Source: Octopus vulgaris (Eukaryota). Taken from it: 64,000 nt of DNA. A program made the translations under genes and the position numbers. Location: the NCBI GenBank assembly GCA_951406725.2, contig OX597828.1:37510001-37574000 (forward strand), in the 5' to 3' direction. Below are positions 26,065 to 41,000 of this stretch, piece after piece. Numbering within the stretch: the first letter of the stretch is position 1; each line of letters opens with the position of its first letter. The notes beneath the pieces are model-generated. The model was not told the origin of the DNA, did not search any database, and worked only from the letters and a program-made list of their open reading frames with translations.

Positions 26065-27097
26065 TATATTAACAGTCTGGCGTTAATCAATAAGTGCGTC
26101 TACAGGAACTGCGTAGGTGCTTCTCCGAACATGTTGAAAACCTTCCCACCTGACTGGCGAGATTTGTGTATGGTACATCTGTGATCTATCTGCTGCGGCA
26201 TTGTTTAATGTGTCCTTCCTTTATATGAGATGTTATGCTATGAATCATGGTAGATTGTGTAGGTATTTCTACTACTCTAGCTAGCAAGTCGAACGACCGC
26301 AGTCATAGAGACTTGTGTTCTGCATGTTAAGTGGAAAAGAACTTAATGCAACCGGAAATGAAAACCACTGAGTTCCAGGTTTATTAGTGTTCGCTTCGAA
26401 AACGTGAATCATTTCACGTACTTACTTGTAACAACTTAGAACTAACAAAGAAATAACAGAGATATATATTACAAAACTAATATATAAAATATATAAGAAT
26501 AGACATTGCTTAAGTAGCAGCCAGACATGCTTGCAAGGGTGGGGTTGGAGGGGGTAGATGAAGGAATAAGGGGGGGGAGGAGGAGGAGAAGAAGAAGAAT
26601 TAATAATCGGAAACCTGAATAAAATAAAGAGAAATAAGATAAACAAATATAGAAACAAATGAACTCGGCCGCCATGTTCTATATTTAGAATGTGATCAAT
26701 TAGCCTGGATAATTACCTTCATGTAAGTTGACTTCATGTCCTACAAACAGCTAAAAATAGATTCAAGAGAAGAACATTGCATTAATGTTTATGTTTATTT
26801 ATGTATACATACTTACATGCATATACATATATATATATATACATATGTACAAATTCGCATACATGTGCATATATACATACACATATACATGTGTGCACAC
26901 GCACGCACATCTATATATACGCCCTCTATATAGTATATATATATATGTGTATGTGTTTCTTTGTAGGTACCTTATCTGTTTATATATTTTCTGATATGAG
27001 TAGAGGGATAACAGCCGCACAGGATCATTGGGGTCAAGGTCTTTACTAGGGCTTTGTTAATATTCTCGTCAATATTTGGTCAATATTTTCTGGGCTC

Positions 27098-27265
27098 TTT
27101 CGTCTGTTTTTATGTTCTGAGTTCAAATTCCACCAAGGTCGACTTTGCCTTTCATCCTTTCGGGGGTCGATAAATTATGTATCAGTTGCGTACTGGTGTC
27201 GATCTAATCGTCTGGCCCCCTCCCCCAAAATTTCGAGCCTTGTGCCTAGAGTAGAAAAGAATATT
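27098..27265 (+). mobile_element. 5'-truncated SINE family A
   Basis: B-box and conserved body; aatattttct on both sides. Confidence 0.85.
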
Positions 27266-27469
27266 TTCTTTGGTTCACTAACAAACCATTCTCACACTAT
27301 ATTGGTCCTGTCCGACATGATGGCCTTGTGTGAAACACGAAGATATTCATGCGGGGAAAGTACACACTTGTATGGAGGCACACACACAAACACACACACA
27401 CACACGCACACACACATACACACGTTCCCTCTCTCTTTCTCTCTCCTTCTGTCTCTCTCTTTTTCTCTC

Positions 27470-27566
27470 CATCTATCTATCTATCTATCTATCCATCTAT
27501 CGATATATCTATCCATCTATCCATCCATCAATCTATCTAACTATCCATCAATCTATCTATCTATCC

Positions 27567-27612
<46 letters not shown>

Positions 27613-27676
27613 ATATATATATATATCTATCCATCCATCCATTTATCTATCCATCTATCTATCTATCCATCCATCC

Positions 27677-27741
<65 letters not shown>

Positions 27742-27755
27742 GCTATCTATCTATC
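27470..27755. repeat. (ATCT/ATCC)n microsatellite
   Basis: Directly visible. Confidence 0.95.
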
Positions 27756-27918
27756 ATCCACTCACGTGTTTGTGCTTCATTGCGTGCACATGGTTATGTT
27801 GCTGATTGCATAAGAATGTGGTTTTCTATGTGAAATGATGCGCCTCTGTGTGTGTGTGGGGGGTGCGTGTGTATATGTATATATATATATATATTTGTGT
27901 GTGTGGGGGGTGCGTGTG

Positions 27919-27949
<31 letters not shown>

Positions 27950-28149
27950 TTGTGTGTGTGTGTGTGTGTGTGTGCGTGTATGTGTGTGCGTGTGCGTGTG
28001 TGCGTGTATGTGTATGTGTGCGTGTGTGTGTATTGAGGATAGAACACGTAGCTTAGCATAATGTCACTGAGAAATTCTCCTTCGCATATGCACCCATTGG
28101 TACCCACACATTACATGTGGCTGCATATATTCATACGCACGCACTATGA

Positions 28150-28186
<37 letters not shown>

Positions 28187-28533
28187 ACAAAGACGACGCC
28201 AATATAACACTATTTCGGTTCAAGATCATCTTCATGTTCACGCTTCTTTTAGCACACCTTACATAATTCACAACAGATGTTGAACTATTTAACATACTTA
28301 CACACATCCGTACACACACACACACACATACATACACACACACACATACACATGCACACACACACACACACACACATACACACACACACGCATACACAGT
28401 GGTCTGACCTGTAAATATTTTAAGCGTGCGATGTTCAAAAACACACGCACTTGCCGTCGCGGCGATGCGGGGTCCTCTATTTATACGCGCCTGCGCCTGC
28501 ACATCACACATACACACATACACACACACAGAT

Positions 28534-28575
<42 letters not shown>

Positions 28576-28899
28576 AGACATACGCACAAACACACAGACA
28601 CAGACACACACACAGATGTGTTTGCTCGGCTTGTTAGAAATAGAAGCCATCTCTCTCTCTCTCTCTCTCTCTCTATTTATTTCTATCAAATCCGCTACCA
28701 TCTTAAAACCAGAATGGTACACCGAATAACATAGACCTAGACAGGCAAGGAGTCCTAAATCAAAAGACTAAACCGAATGTCTGTAATTGAAGATGCGCAC
28801 ATGTGGTTGCTAGATCCGCTGGAAATAGTAACCTCTCTTATATCCCACCTGATACGGTTTCTGATGTAGGCATGACACCAGTAAATTTCATGGGAGTTC

Positions 28900-29464
28900 T
28901 CAAAACAACCAACGCCAGTCCTTGGCATTTGCTTTATTTTTATCGATCCCAACCTGATGAAAAGCAAAGTTAACCCCAGTTGGATTTGAACGTAGAACCC
29001 AACGAGCTGGAAGAAGTAACGTATAGTATTTTTCCGATGCTCTAACGATTCTGCCAGTGTATCATCTGTGTATCGTCTCCAGTAAAATAGGAATACACTG
29101 GAGTACTGCATGTTTCAAGGATAATGTGGTTGTCACGGATGGAAGTCCTTCGAAAATTCGCTTGCTCGATCAGTGTTGTCCTGTGGCTAAACTGGTACTC
29201 TGTTTGTTATGTCGATGAGGGACTCAGTTGACCTTATCAACAGAACAGCCCGCTCGTGAAATTAACGTGCAACTGGCTGAGTACTCCACAGACGAGTGTA
29301 CTCTTAACATGATTTTCAGGAAGATTCATCTTTTGACAGCCGAGTGGACTGGAGTTCTGTAAAATAAAGTCTCTTGTTGATGGACAGAATACACCGTCGG
29401 GGATCGAACTTATGACCTTAAGATCGTGAGCCGACTACCTTAACCACTTGGCTACGTGCCTTCC
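28900..29464 (-). mobile_element. Degenerate SINE remnants (family A ~28900-29057; another tRNA-headed SINE ~29200-29464)
   Basis: Reverse-complement A/B boxes (gatcgaac..ttaaccacttggctacgtgcc). Confidence 0.6.
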
Positions 29465-29729
29465 CCTCGTGGCTAAACAAATAGAAAGGGTACCGAACAT
29501 GAACAGCAGTGGCAGCAATAATAATGACAACGAACAGACGAGGGAAACTCTAGGTGTTTGCTGAAATCACGAGAAACAGCAGTCAAACACTCTGTGTGAT
29601 GACATTGAAACTTATATTGGACAATGTGGACAGGAGGAGAAGCAGATAAAAGCTGGAAGAAAAAACACAAATGCGATGTCCACGGATGGATTATGAGTCC
29701 GTTCGTTCAGGCGACTGACAAGAGGCAAA

Positions 29730-30075
29730 ACAACAACAACTGCCATAACTACTATCACCACCATCACCACCACCACCACCGCCACCGCGGCCTCCATTGC
29801 CGCCTCCACCGTCGCCCCCACCGCCGTCACCGCTATCGCCTCCGCTGCCGACTCACCACCACCACTACCACCACCGCCACCACCACCGCCGCCGCCGCCG
29901 CCACCACCACCTCCACCGCCACCACCACCACCACCACCACCACCACCACCACCACCACCACCACCACCACCACCACCATCACCACCACCACCGCCGCCGC
30001 CGCCGCCGCCACCTCCACCACCACCACCACTACCACCACAACAACAACAACAACAGCAGCAGCAGCAGCAGCAAC
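29730..30075. repeat. GC-rich compound trinucleotide tract (CAC/CGC/CAA/CAG)n
   Basis: Directly visible. Confidence 0.95.
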
Positions 30076-30654
30076 CAAACACCTGTCTTCTTCATCACAC
30101 AGCTACGATACCCTAAAACGCGCCCCTTATATCTAACGCATGTCCTACCCCACCTCAGAAATTCCTTGCGTATATGCGCCACTATCTTGGAGGCACACTA
30201 TCTTGGAGATTCAAGGAGGAGAAGGAGGAGGGAGTATAGGGTTATACAGTAAAAATATGTTTCCGGTGAGTGGACGACAGAGTTGTGATTCGAACTTTCG
30301 TTGTAGGTATTTCCTCTCATTAGTACCTCTTGATGATCCTTCCTGCGAAGGTTGCATGACGTAGAGATATTTCGTATTCATTTACACCAATCTTACATTC
30401 CTTTTTAATTATGTGTGTGAGCTTGAGGGCGCATATGTATATACGTATGTATGTGTGTGTGTTTTTGTAGGTATGGATGGCTCATTATACAATATATATA
30501 TATATGTATATATATATGTATATATGTATATATGTATGTGTGTATATATATATATATATATACATATATATTACCACTTTCAACTAGTAATGAATATAAG
30601 TGCTTAATTACACACATATTCTCACACACCTACACACATACACACACATACACA

Positions 30655-30695
<41 letters not shown>

Positions 30696-31073
30696 AGTAG
30701 GATCTGACGTAAACATAATATTGGGGTGCGTGCAGTAATCTGGTTCTGGTTCTGGTTCTTCCTCTCAGCAAGTAAAGAAAAAAAAATTATCGGAGCAGAC
30801 GCGTAAAAAGGTGGAGTTTGACAAAATCCATTTTCAACGGAGCTTGATTTGTGAGGAGAAAACAAAATATATTTTCCAAAATATCTAAATCATAAATAAA
30901 AAAAAAGAACAATAGCGAACGAAATTGAAGAAAAATTGAAAAAAATAATAAAATGTTGTGTGCATAATATGTTAAAGAGTCATATATTCCAAGAAAACAG
31001 CCCATGCATTCTTTTGCATATATCAATATTTCTGGGGTTACAGAGATTCTCAGACCTTTCAACATTAGCCCTG

Positions 31074-31210
31074 TCGCTCAGTTGACCCGGCTGGGTTTAT
31101 CATGTGCCAGCTTGTATTCGTCGCTCAATTGACCCGGCCGGTGTTTATGACAACCCGGTTTGTATTTGTCGATCAGTTGATCCGGCCAGGGTTTATCACG
31201 TGCCAGCTGT
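31074..31210. repeat. Three diverged ~46-bp tandem units (tcgctcagttgacccggc..gtttatca..ccagct)
   Basis: Units start near 31074, 31121 and 31168. Confidence 0.75.
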
Positions 31211-32238
31211 AGTAGCAACAAACCATGGGTCTACATGGTTTATCCACAGTCACCTGGTACCTTTAAATAAAGAGTGTAAACCGATGTAGATTCGGTGATG
31301 AAGTCTGTGGCTCATCCTTTTACTGCTTCTGTAACTGCAAGCCCAGCCACAACTTTATAGAGTGAACATCCTACGAAAACCACAGCATCCTACTTCAGTT
31401 CTCTAGCAACGTGTTACTTTACCAGCTTCTGGTATTTGGTGCTCTGAGAATTTTAATTCAAGATAACAGTAGTTATCCTTGTGAGCATTTAATAAAGTAG
31501 CGGAGACCATTTCGCTATAAAGTTAAAAGTGATATTAATATAGATGGAAAGAAGAATTATATTAATGTGCGATGAACTGGAGGTAAGCAGAAAGAAATTT
31601 GTTGTGGATGAGAATCGAGGTTTTGGATAATAATTCACAGAAGTAATATCTGTGGGAGTAAAGATTATGAAATTGTAGTAATGCGGAATACTTCAACAAA
31701 TTGATTTGATATTAGAAGTGTATGGAGATGCTAATAATTGAGCGGTTTGATTATATAGGGAATATAAGGTTCTATAATAACAACTGTGATATGAATTAAA
31801 ACTCTGTTCACTCTATTGAAGAATAAGACTACGAGGTTAACTTGGAGGTCAGACTTGAGACGTGAGTGAAGGGACGTATGTCAAAGAGAGCTATAATTTA
31901 AGTGAAAGAAACATGTAAATTTTCAAATCTGTTTTCGAAAAACACAAATTGGATTAAAATTATGTTACTCTTTCTTTTGTACTTACCTTTTTTTTTTTCT
32001 CTCTTACTTATTTCAGTCACGAGACAGCAGTCATGCTAGGATGCCGCCTTGAAGTGTTTAAGCGAACAAATCGAACTCATTTTTTGGTAAACTGCTAAGT
32101 TATGGGGGTGGAATCAGACAAACACCAGATAAGTTGTCAAACGATGGTAGGGTGAAATACTCACACAAAGATACACAAATTATATAAAAATACATGCATA
32201 CATACATACATACATACATACATACATACATACATACA

Positions 32239-32272
<34 letters not shown>

Positions 32273-32378
32273 CATGCATACATACATGCATACATATATA
32301 CATGCATACATACATGCATACATACATACATACATACATACATACATACATACATACATACATACATACATACATACA

Positions 32379-32411
<33 letters not shown>

Positions 32412-32683
32412 GCATGCATACATAAAGGAGAATCTGGATAGACTGAGATTTTCAGAGAGAGAAATCGACCGGATAATTCGTACATTACAAGTGCAACCTG
32501 TGAGTGGAACAGTAAAAATATGCAACACGTTTCTCAAGTTCCAAATGTGAATTTGGCTTTATTAACTACATTCCAAAGATGGAATCTGGAGCTTTGTATC
32601 TTTGTTGGAAACCAGCTTCCTCCTAATTTAAAAATGGAAGTGAAATATACATATATAAATAAATATATATATATATATATTAC

Positions 32684-32763
<80 letters not shown>

Positions 32764-32765
<2 letters not shown>

Positions 32766-33510
32766 TAAAATGTTAGGGTAGCAAGAATATTTATCGAAAA
32801 AATTCTTAGTTACCAGTGGAAGGAAAAAATTAGTCAGTAGACTATACATTATTCAGAGAAGATTACAGTGTAAATTCAAACACAAAAGAGATACACAAAG
32901 AATAGGATATCTGACTCGCTAGAAAAAGCAATTAAACTCCAAGCCACTAATCGTTGTAATTCCGAAAGTGATTGGAAAATAAAAACTTTTACCTTAATCC
33001 TAGACCCTGCAAGGTTTCTGCAGAGTTAAATACAAATTGAAATAAGATAATTTCAGTCTATATCTGGTGCTGCGTCTTCAGTATGTTGCCAGAAATGAAC
33101 ACATAGACACAGAGCGATAAATAATCAGCCACGTGTTTATGGGTACTGATTTTTCGAATCCACCGCGCAGATGCGGAACTCAACCGGAACTAAATAAATA
33201 AGTTGCCGATTTTCTTCCAAAATTATCCAAAAAACATTTTATCATTAATTAAAATCTTAGGGTAGCAAGAATATTTATCGAAAAAATTCTTAGTTACCAG
33301 TGGTCTAGGGAGAAGGAAAAAATTATTCAATAGACTATATATTATTCAGAGAAGGATACAGTGTTACATTCAAACACAAAAGAGATACACAAAGAATAGG
33401 ATATCTGACTCGCTAGAAAGAGCAATTACACTCCAAGCCATCAATTGTTGTAATTCCGAAAGTGATTGAAAAATAAAAACTTTTACTTTTATTTTTCAAT
33501 CACTTTCGGA
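32764..33510. repeat. ~230-bp direct duplication (32764-32992 and 33248-33486) ending in a perfect 24-bp fold-back
   Basis: Manual alignment; inverted arms at 33455-33478 and 33487-33510. Confidence 0.9.
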
Positions 33511-33574
33511 CTGGGGTTTCCAATTGCTGAAACTATATAACCACAACTTGGTTTAATTATTTACATTTATAGGG

Positions 33575-33892
33575 TAAGGGTAAAGGCCCTCTTCAGTCAC
33601 GAATGACCATAGGATTGCACCTAGAAAGTTCCCCACCCAAGTACAAGCCCAGACAGGTTATTTGTTGAAGACCAGTAGTCACCCATGCATACCATTCTCC
33701 TCTCTCCGATGTTATTCAAGGAAAGCCAAGGAGCAATACAGCTTGGCACCAGTAACATCGCAGCTCATTTTTACAATTTAGCGAACTGGAACAACATGAA
33801 CTAAAGTGCTTGCTCAAGAACACAACATACAGCCCATTCAGGAAATTGATTGTAAACTCAATGCTCTAATCACTGAACTATGCACCTTCACA
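33575..33892 (-). mobile_element. tRNA-derived SINE, family C
   Basis: Homologous to 61925-62213 (ggattgcacctagaaa..gaactgg..aaagtg..ttgctcaagaac). Confidence 0.8.
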
Positions 33893-34029
33893 TATGTAAT
33901 CTATATAATCAACCCAATGAAGTAGTCTGTTTTAGTACAGAATAAAAATCCAACGACAAACCTCATTCAAATTGCACAACATTTCTTCTCAGTAACGCTT
34001 CCTCTCGTTCTTTATCATTGCAGTCAAAT

Positions 34030-34700
34030 AATGTTTCCAAGCGGATGTAATGTGCCGTCCTTGCATTGTTCAAGCGATAGGCTGACTCACATTCACAGGA
34101 GGCTATGAGCTGTTTACGGGGATGACAGCGTTGACAAAATCAATATGTACAGATGGATGAATGTTAAAAAAAGAGCAAATCAGTGTTAAGCTGTAACAAC
34201 TCAGTGGGAGAGCAGTGACTTTAATCGGCGGCCAATGAACGAAGTCATTCGGGCGAACAGACGAGTCACACTCCGTGAACTTACTGTGCAGCTGGACTGT
34301 AGTCACAATGCATTACAGGAGACGACAGAAAACAATTGGGCATCACAAAACGTGTGAAAAATGGGAGCTTTGAAAGCTGAAATTAGATTTGAAAGCTGGG
34401 AGTCTGAAGGTATCTGTTGGAAGTATTTGAAGTCATGAAGATACAAGGTTTTTCTTTATTTTTTCTGGCAGGATAATGAAAAAGGGGTCTAATTTTATGA
34501 TCTGAAAACGAAAGCCGAATCTATTGGATGATGTTACATCCTTTCTCCAAGGGTTAAGAAGGTCAAGAACTAGAAATCCCTAAGAAAGTCATGCTGTTTC
34601 CTAGAATAACAAGGGCGTCATTCGCCTTCACTTTCTGGATGGTGGCAGTACGGTGGACAATGAACGATATATTTAAACACTCGAAGTGTTGAGCGAAGCC
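34030..34700 (+). pseudogene. Heavily decayed mariner transposase remnant
   Basis: IHRRL*AVYGDDSVDKINMYRW, GRP and FYDLKTKAES..SPRVKKVK fragments. Confidence 0.7.
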
Positions 34701-35147
34701 ACCAAGAAGTGAGTGAGCAAGAACCTGAAAACCATTCACATACACCATAACGAATTGAGATCCCAAGTAATTTTGGCAACCAAACAGGCAAGAAGTCATT
34801 GGAATATTGATTTCTTTTATCCTTTCTTTCTTTTTCTTTTTTGCTTTGCTAGAAAGTTTTGTCAGACGTTTGCACACTGGTGTCAAGTGTAATTTAGTGA
34901 AAAAAAACGAACTCTGTACTGTGAAGTAATATCATTTTGTTCAAAGCTGTGTCTTGGTGTGTCTCTACTCGATGTTTTTGGTTTCCAGTCTTAATTTCTT
35001 ATCGTGGCACGAGGTCGAATTATGCCAACGTAGGTAGACACCTACCTACCTACCTACCTACATACCTACCTACTTACTTACTTACCTACCTACCACCGCA
35101 CTCGCACATAGACACACGTATGTACATACAATCATATATATAGATAC

Positions 35148-35252
<105 letters not shown>

Positions 35253-35498
35253 CAGATATACATACGTACATGTGCGTGTCTGCGTGTAAACATACGTACA
35301 TACAAACGTAGCTACACATACATCCATACACATATACATATGTATAGAGTCATACACATAAGAATATCACACGGTAGTGATATAAATGATATCTCTCAAA
35401 ATGTTGGCATTCCAATTACACTGACCAAGTAGCTGAAACTTGGCCAAAAGCAAGCAAAACCTTGTTTACCAAATTATCGTAACTATTTTGAAGAAGAC

Positions 35499-35622
<124 letters not shown>

Positions 35623-35652
35623 TGTATGTATGTATGTATATATGTGTGTGTG

Positions 35653-35716
<64 letters not shown>

Positions 35717-35772
35717 TGTGTGTATTTATATATATATATATATATATATATGTTTATATATATATGTTTATA

Positions 35773-35808
<36 letters not shown>

Positions 35809-35952
35809 TGTATGTATGTATGTATGTATGTACGTACCTCTGTGTGTGTGTGTATAAAATTAAGAACAGAGGACGATTTCACTCAAATGCAAGACAGCAT
35901 AATGGATGTAAAACTGCTTCATTTTACACGGACACACAAAACCACAAAGCAC

Positions 35953-36005
<53 letters not shown>

Positions 36006-36199
36006 TCACACACACACACGCACACTCACATACACTCACACACTCACACGCGCGCACACAACACACATACATACACATTGCAGGAGAAAGCGTTTCCCTT
36101 TGAGAAGACGGGAGACTGGATAGAGCGGTCGTTTGTTGCTTTCGTTGTTTTCGTTGTCGCCGAGGCTCTCGGCAGTGTTGCCTTCGTTATGATCTCTCA

Positions 36200-36498
36200 T
36201 GTTGTTGTTGTTGTTCGTCCTCTTCTTCTTCTTGTTCTTCTTGTTCTTGTTCTTCTTCTTCTTGTTCTTCTTGTTCTTATTCTTGTTCTTCTTCTTCCTC
36301 TTCTTGTTCTTGTTCTTGTTCTTCTTCTTGTTCTTCTTGTTCTTGTTCTTCTTCCTTCTCCTTCTTCCTCTTCTCGTTCTTGTTCTTGTTCTTCTTCTTC
36401 TTCTCCTTCCTCTTCTTTTTTCTTCTTGTTCTTTTTTTTCTTGTTCTTGTTCTTCTTTTTTCTTGTTCTTTTTCTTCTTCTTCTTCTTCTTCTTCTTC

Positions 36499-36545
<47 letters not shown>
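36200..36545. repeat. (TTC/TTG)n and (ATC)n tracts
   Basis: Directly visible. Confidence 0.95.
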
Positions 36546-36547
<2 letters not shown>

Positions 36548-36614
36548 CCTCGGAACCTTAAGGAATCAGATGTGTGTTATTTTGTAGCTGCGTTCTATTT
36601 TATAAGACGCTTAA

Positions 36615-37040
36615 GGCGTCGAGCTTCAAAATCGTTTGCACGCCGGACAAAATGCTGAGCGTGCATTTCATTCGCCTTTACGGGCTGAGTTCATATTCTA
36701 CAGAGGTTAACTTTGCCTTTCATCCTTTCGGTGATTGATGAAATAAGTACCAGTTACACACTGGGGTCGATGTAGTCAACTAGCCCCCCACTCTCCAGAA
36801 TTTTAGATCTTGCGCCTATAATAAAAAGCATTATTTAAAATGCTAGAGGCCTTGAGCTGGCAAAATCTTTAGCACGCCGGACAATATACTTAGTGGCATT
36901 TCTTCCGGGTATACATTCTAAGTTCATATTCCATCGACTTTGCCTTTCGTCCCTTCGAGATCGATCAAATAAGTACCAGCTGAGCCTTGGGATCGACGAA
37001 TTTGACTCACCCCATCCCTCACAATTTCAAGTCTTATGCC
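36615..37040 (+). mobile_element. Two old head-to-tail family A SINEs
   Basis: The conserved body ctttgcctttc..aagtaccag occurs twice (~36710 and ~36940). Confidence 0.8.
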
Positions 37041-37199
37041 TGGCAGAATCGTTAGCATTATTTATGGGATGACCCAATGTTTTATATCATAAAAGGTGAC
37101 AGTTGTGTTTCGTCTTCGTTTTGCCAACGTATGTGCAAATATCCATGAAGACGAGGCATAATACACTCACTCATGCGCGATCGCGCACGCAGACACATA

Positions 37200-37235
<36 letters not shown>

Positions 37236-37416
37236 TGAGAGAGAAAGACGTGCACACACGAATACATCCAGTACAGTACGCATACATATTCAATTATATA
37301 TACATAAATCATAAATACCGACACACACACTCGCATACATACATATATATATGTGTGTGTGTGTGTGTGTTTTTATATATGCCTATTTACATAATAATAC
37401 ATGCATACACAGAGAT

Positions 37417-37464
<48 letters not shown>

Positions 37465-37856
37465 GTGTGTGTATGTTTAAACATATACATATGTATATAT
37501 CTGTGTGTGTGAATATATATTATGTGTGTGTATGCGTATATAATACGCACGCACATACATGTGTGTGCATGTATTTGCTTAAATGTATTTATTTCTATGC
37601 ATACATTTCCGCTTCTACGTAAGCATATACATATACAAATATATATAGGCATGCATGTACTTCTATTTAAGTCCCTAAGTAAGCGAGCTTGTAAAGAAAA
37701 TTGCAAATCGAACGCAAGTGTGTGAACGCTCCAAGACAATTGAATTTGGAAAGACGAGGCAGCTGGGTTCTTTTATTCTCTGAGATTTACAAATCGCAGA
37801 TTAGTGGAGAATTTGTGGCGACCATTAATAGGAAAATGATATAGTATGCGGGAAAA

Positions 37857-37910
<54 letters not shown>

Positions 37911-38161
37911 ATCTATGTGTGTATTGGGTCGCTTCTATGTGTACCTGTGTATGTGTGTGTGTGCATTTGTTTGTTTCATTGGGTGAGTGCTCTTTGTTTT
38001 ATCTGATACGAGAAAGAGAACTACTAACATACATATATATATATATATATATACATGAGCACACACTACATACACGCACACATGTGATATGCATACATAT
38101 ATACATGGTTATCTACGTTCATCCATGCATAATATATACATATGACTATTGATATACATGC

Positions 38162-38245
<84 letters not shown>

Positions 38246-38989
38246 GCATGTATGTATGTATGTATGTATGTATGTATGAATATATATATGTATATATATG
38301 TATGTATATATATGTATATATTTTAATATATATATATTATACATATATACACACACAAAGAAACACACACATATACACCCACACACACATTTATATGTAT
38401 GAATGCTTACTGAGAAAGCGAAGGGCAACGGAGAGACAAACAGACAGACATACAGACCTGCAAAGAGAGACATAATCTAATAAAGAAAATGCTGTTTACT
38501 AAACGTCGACCACCACAATATTAGATAAGAACTCTGTTATAGATATAGTAGTTATATTAGATGCATTGTTTCGTTATAACTTGGCCAGATGTTTCAGCTT
38601 TTGTTTCTTCTGAGCAGACTGGTTGTACTTGCAGGCTGTGTATGAGCATTTTGTTGAAGGGAGGGAGAAGGACACACATTGTATGGAGAAAAAAATAATA
38701 GGAGGAGTAAAGGAAAATGAAGATAGAGAAGAACGAAATTAGGAAAAGTAGAGGTGTGAGGTAAAGAGAAGACTGGAAGTAGGAAGGAGAGGTAGAGTAG
38801 GATAAGGGAGGAAATGAATGAAGAGGATGCTATAGTTGAGGACGTTTAAGTTACCACGCAGTGGGACTGAACCCAAGCCCAAATGGTCTGAAAGCGTGGA
38901 AGCCAAGCTTCTTAATCACCCAGCCACACCTGCGCTTTTATTCACACAAAGAACCTAGATATTTCATAAGTTTCGCAATTGACTCATGA

Positions 38990-39269
38990 ATTCCTCCCGA
39001 CTCTTCTCTATAGTTTTCTCTTCTTTCAGTCTCACCCTTTCTCTCTAACTCTTCCTCACCGCCTCTCACAATATCTCACAACATCCCTCTCACACATCTC
39101 TCCTTCTCCATCTGTATTTCTCTTTCTCTCTCTCACTCTAGGCTGTCAGGGCTATTCCCACCTTTCTCTTCCTCGTTAGAGCTTCCTCTCTCTTTCTCTT
39201 ACTCTCCATATATCTTCCTCTATATTCCTTTCCCATTCACACCATCTTACTCGCTCTCTCTCTCGCACA

Positions 39270-39315
<46 letters not shown>

Positions 39316-39850
39316 GTCTCTCATTTCCTCTCTCTCTATTTTCTTATTGTCGTGTTTCCCTCCCTATCTCTCACATTCTCTTTTTCTCTCTTCTTCTCTC
39401 TTTCAGTAACTCGATCTCTCACTATCTTCTGTCACTCACCTACAACTCCCTCCTTCACTCTCTGTCTATCCGCATAATCTCTCTCTCACTCTTTTCACCC
39501 TTCCTTTTTCTCTCACTTTTTGTCTCCCCAAATTTCTTTCCGTCACTCTCTCTCTCTCTCTGTCTATCTCTCCTTCACTTGCTACTTCCTCACCCATCCT
39601 CTCTATCTCTCTATCTATCTCTCCCTCACCTTCTACTCTCCAAGCTTCTCTCTCTCTCACCATTTTATCACTTCCATTATTTCTCTCCCTGTGTCTCAAA
39701 CTTTCTCTCTCTTCTCTCACCCTCTATCACTCTCATTATCCCCTTCACTTTATTTTCCACAAATTTCCCCCTCTCTCTCTCTCCCACTCTCACTCATTCA
39801 CCCTCTCTCTTTCCCTCTCTCCCTCTCTCCCTCTCTCCCTCTTCCTCTCT
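38990..39850. repeat. Long polypyrimidine (CT-rich) low-complexity tract
   Basis: Directly visible strand asymmetry. Confidence 0.9.
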
Positions 39851-40228
39851 CAATAACACTACACCTTTGTAAGACAAGTAGCTGCTATCTAATACGTAAC
39901 ATCATATTCTCACTTTTACATCTAATTACGCTAACACCTCGCTTAAATAACGTTAAATAAGAGTTTAACATTAATTCCATTCACCTTTCCTTCCTCTCCT
40001 TTTTATAAGAGAGAGCGAGAGAAGGGGGGGCGTATTTCTAAGATTTTGATTTTTCCTTGTTTTCTTTCACTCTTTTTTGTTTTCTTCTTTAAATATCGGT
40101 TCGTTTCGTTATGATTTTTGCGTTTTGTTTTCTTCTTTATGTTATCTACGTTCTTCGTGTTGTTCCTGTTGCTGGAGCTCTTCTTCTCTGTCTTCCATGT
40201 TCCCTTCTGCATCGGTCTCATTTGTTCC

Positions 40229-40261
<33 letters not shown>

Positions 40262-40335
40262 TGTATGTATGTATGTATGTATGTATGTATGTATGTATGT
40301 ATGTATGTATGTATGTATGTATGTATGTATGTATG

Positions 40336-40395
<60 letters not shown>

Positions 40396-40514
40396 AATTA
40401 TGGGGGTTCAGTTCGCACCTGTAAGATTTTGAATTTTTTCCTGTAAAAGCATTGTATATGACTTGAAATGTTTGTCTTGTCTTAATGTCTGACGTCCTCT
40501 TTAGCAATTATATG

Positions 40515-40549
<35 letters not shown>

Positions 40550-40554
40550 ACATA

Positions 40555-40598
<44 letters not shown>

Positions 40599-40665
40599 TA
40601 CATATACATATATGCGTACATATACATATATGCATACATATATATATATACATATATACATATAT

Positions 40666-40789
<124 letters not shown>

Positions 40790-40958
40790 TTAATCCAAAA
40801 CATGAAAACACAAAGAGAAAACACAACAACGCGAGGACGTGGAACAAATATAGTATTATTGGACGTTCAGGAAGGAAGGGAAGAATGAGGGTTTAACGTT
40901 TCGAGCGGAGCTCTTCGTCGGAAACATAGGGGAAAGAAAGATCCAGAGAAGGGAAAAC

Positions 40959-40960
<2 letters not shown>
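40790..40960 (-). mobile_element. Family H2 HHR-bearing element between (TA)n tracts (HHR 40891-40925, core CCGACGA)
   Basis: The minus strand reads gttt-CCGACGA-A-gagc-tcc-gctc-GAAAC-GTT-aaac; the tail is homologous to 1885-2055. Confidence 0.75.

Positions 40961-41000
<40 letters not shown>

Noticed and set aside
28040-28240. Possible secreted Cys-containing peptide (MKMILNRNSVILASSL...) downstream of the TATA candidate
   Set aside because: The hydrophobic stretch is a (GT)n tract, and no frame gives a recognisable peptide family.
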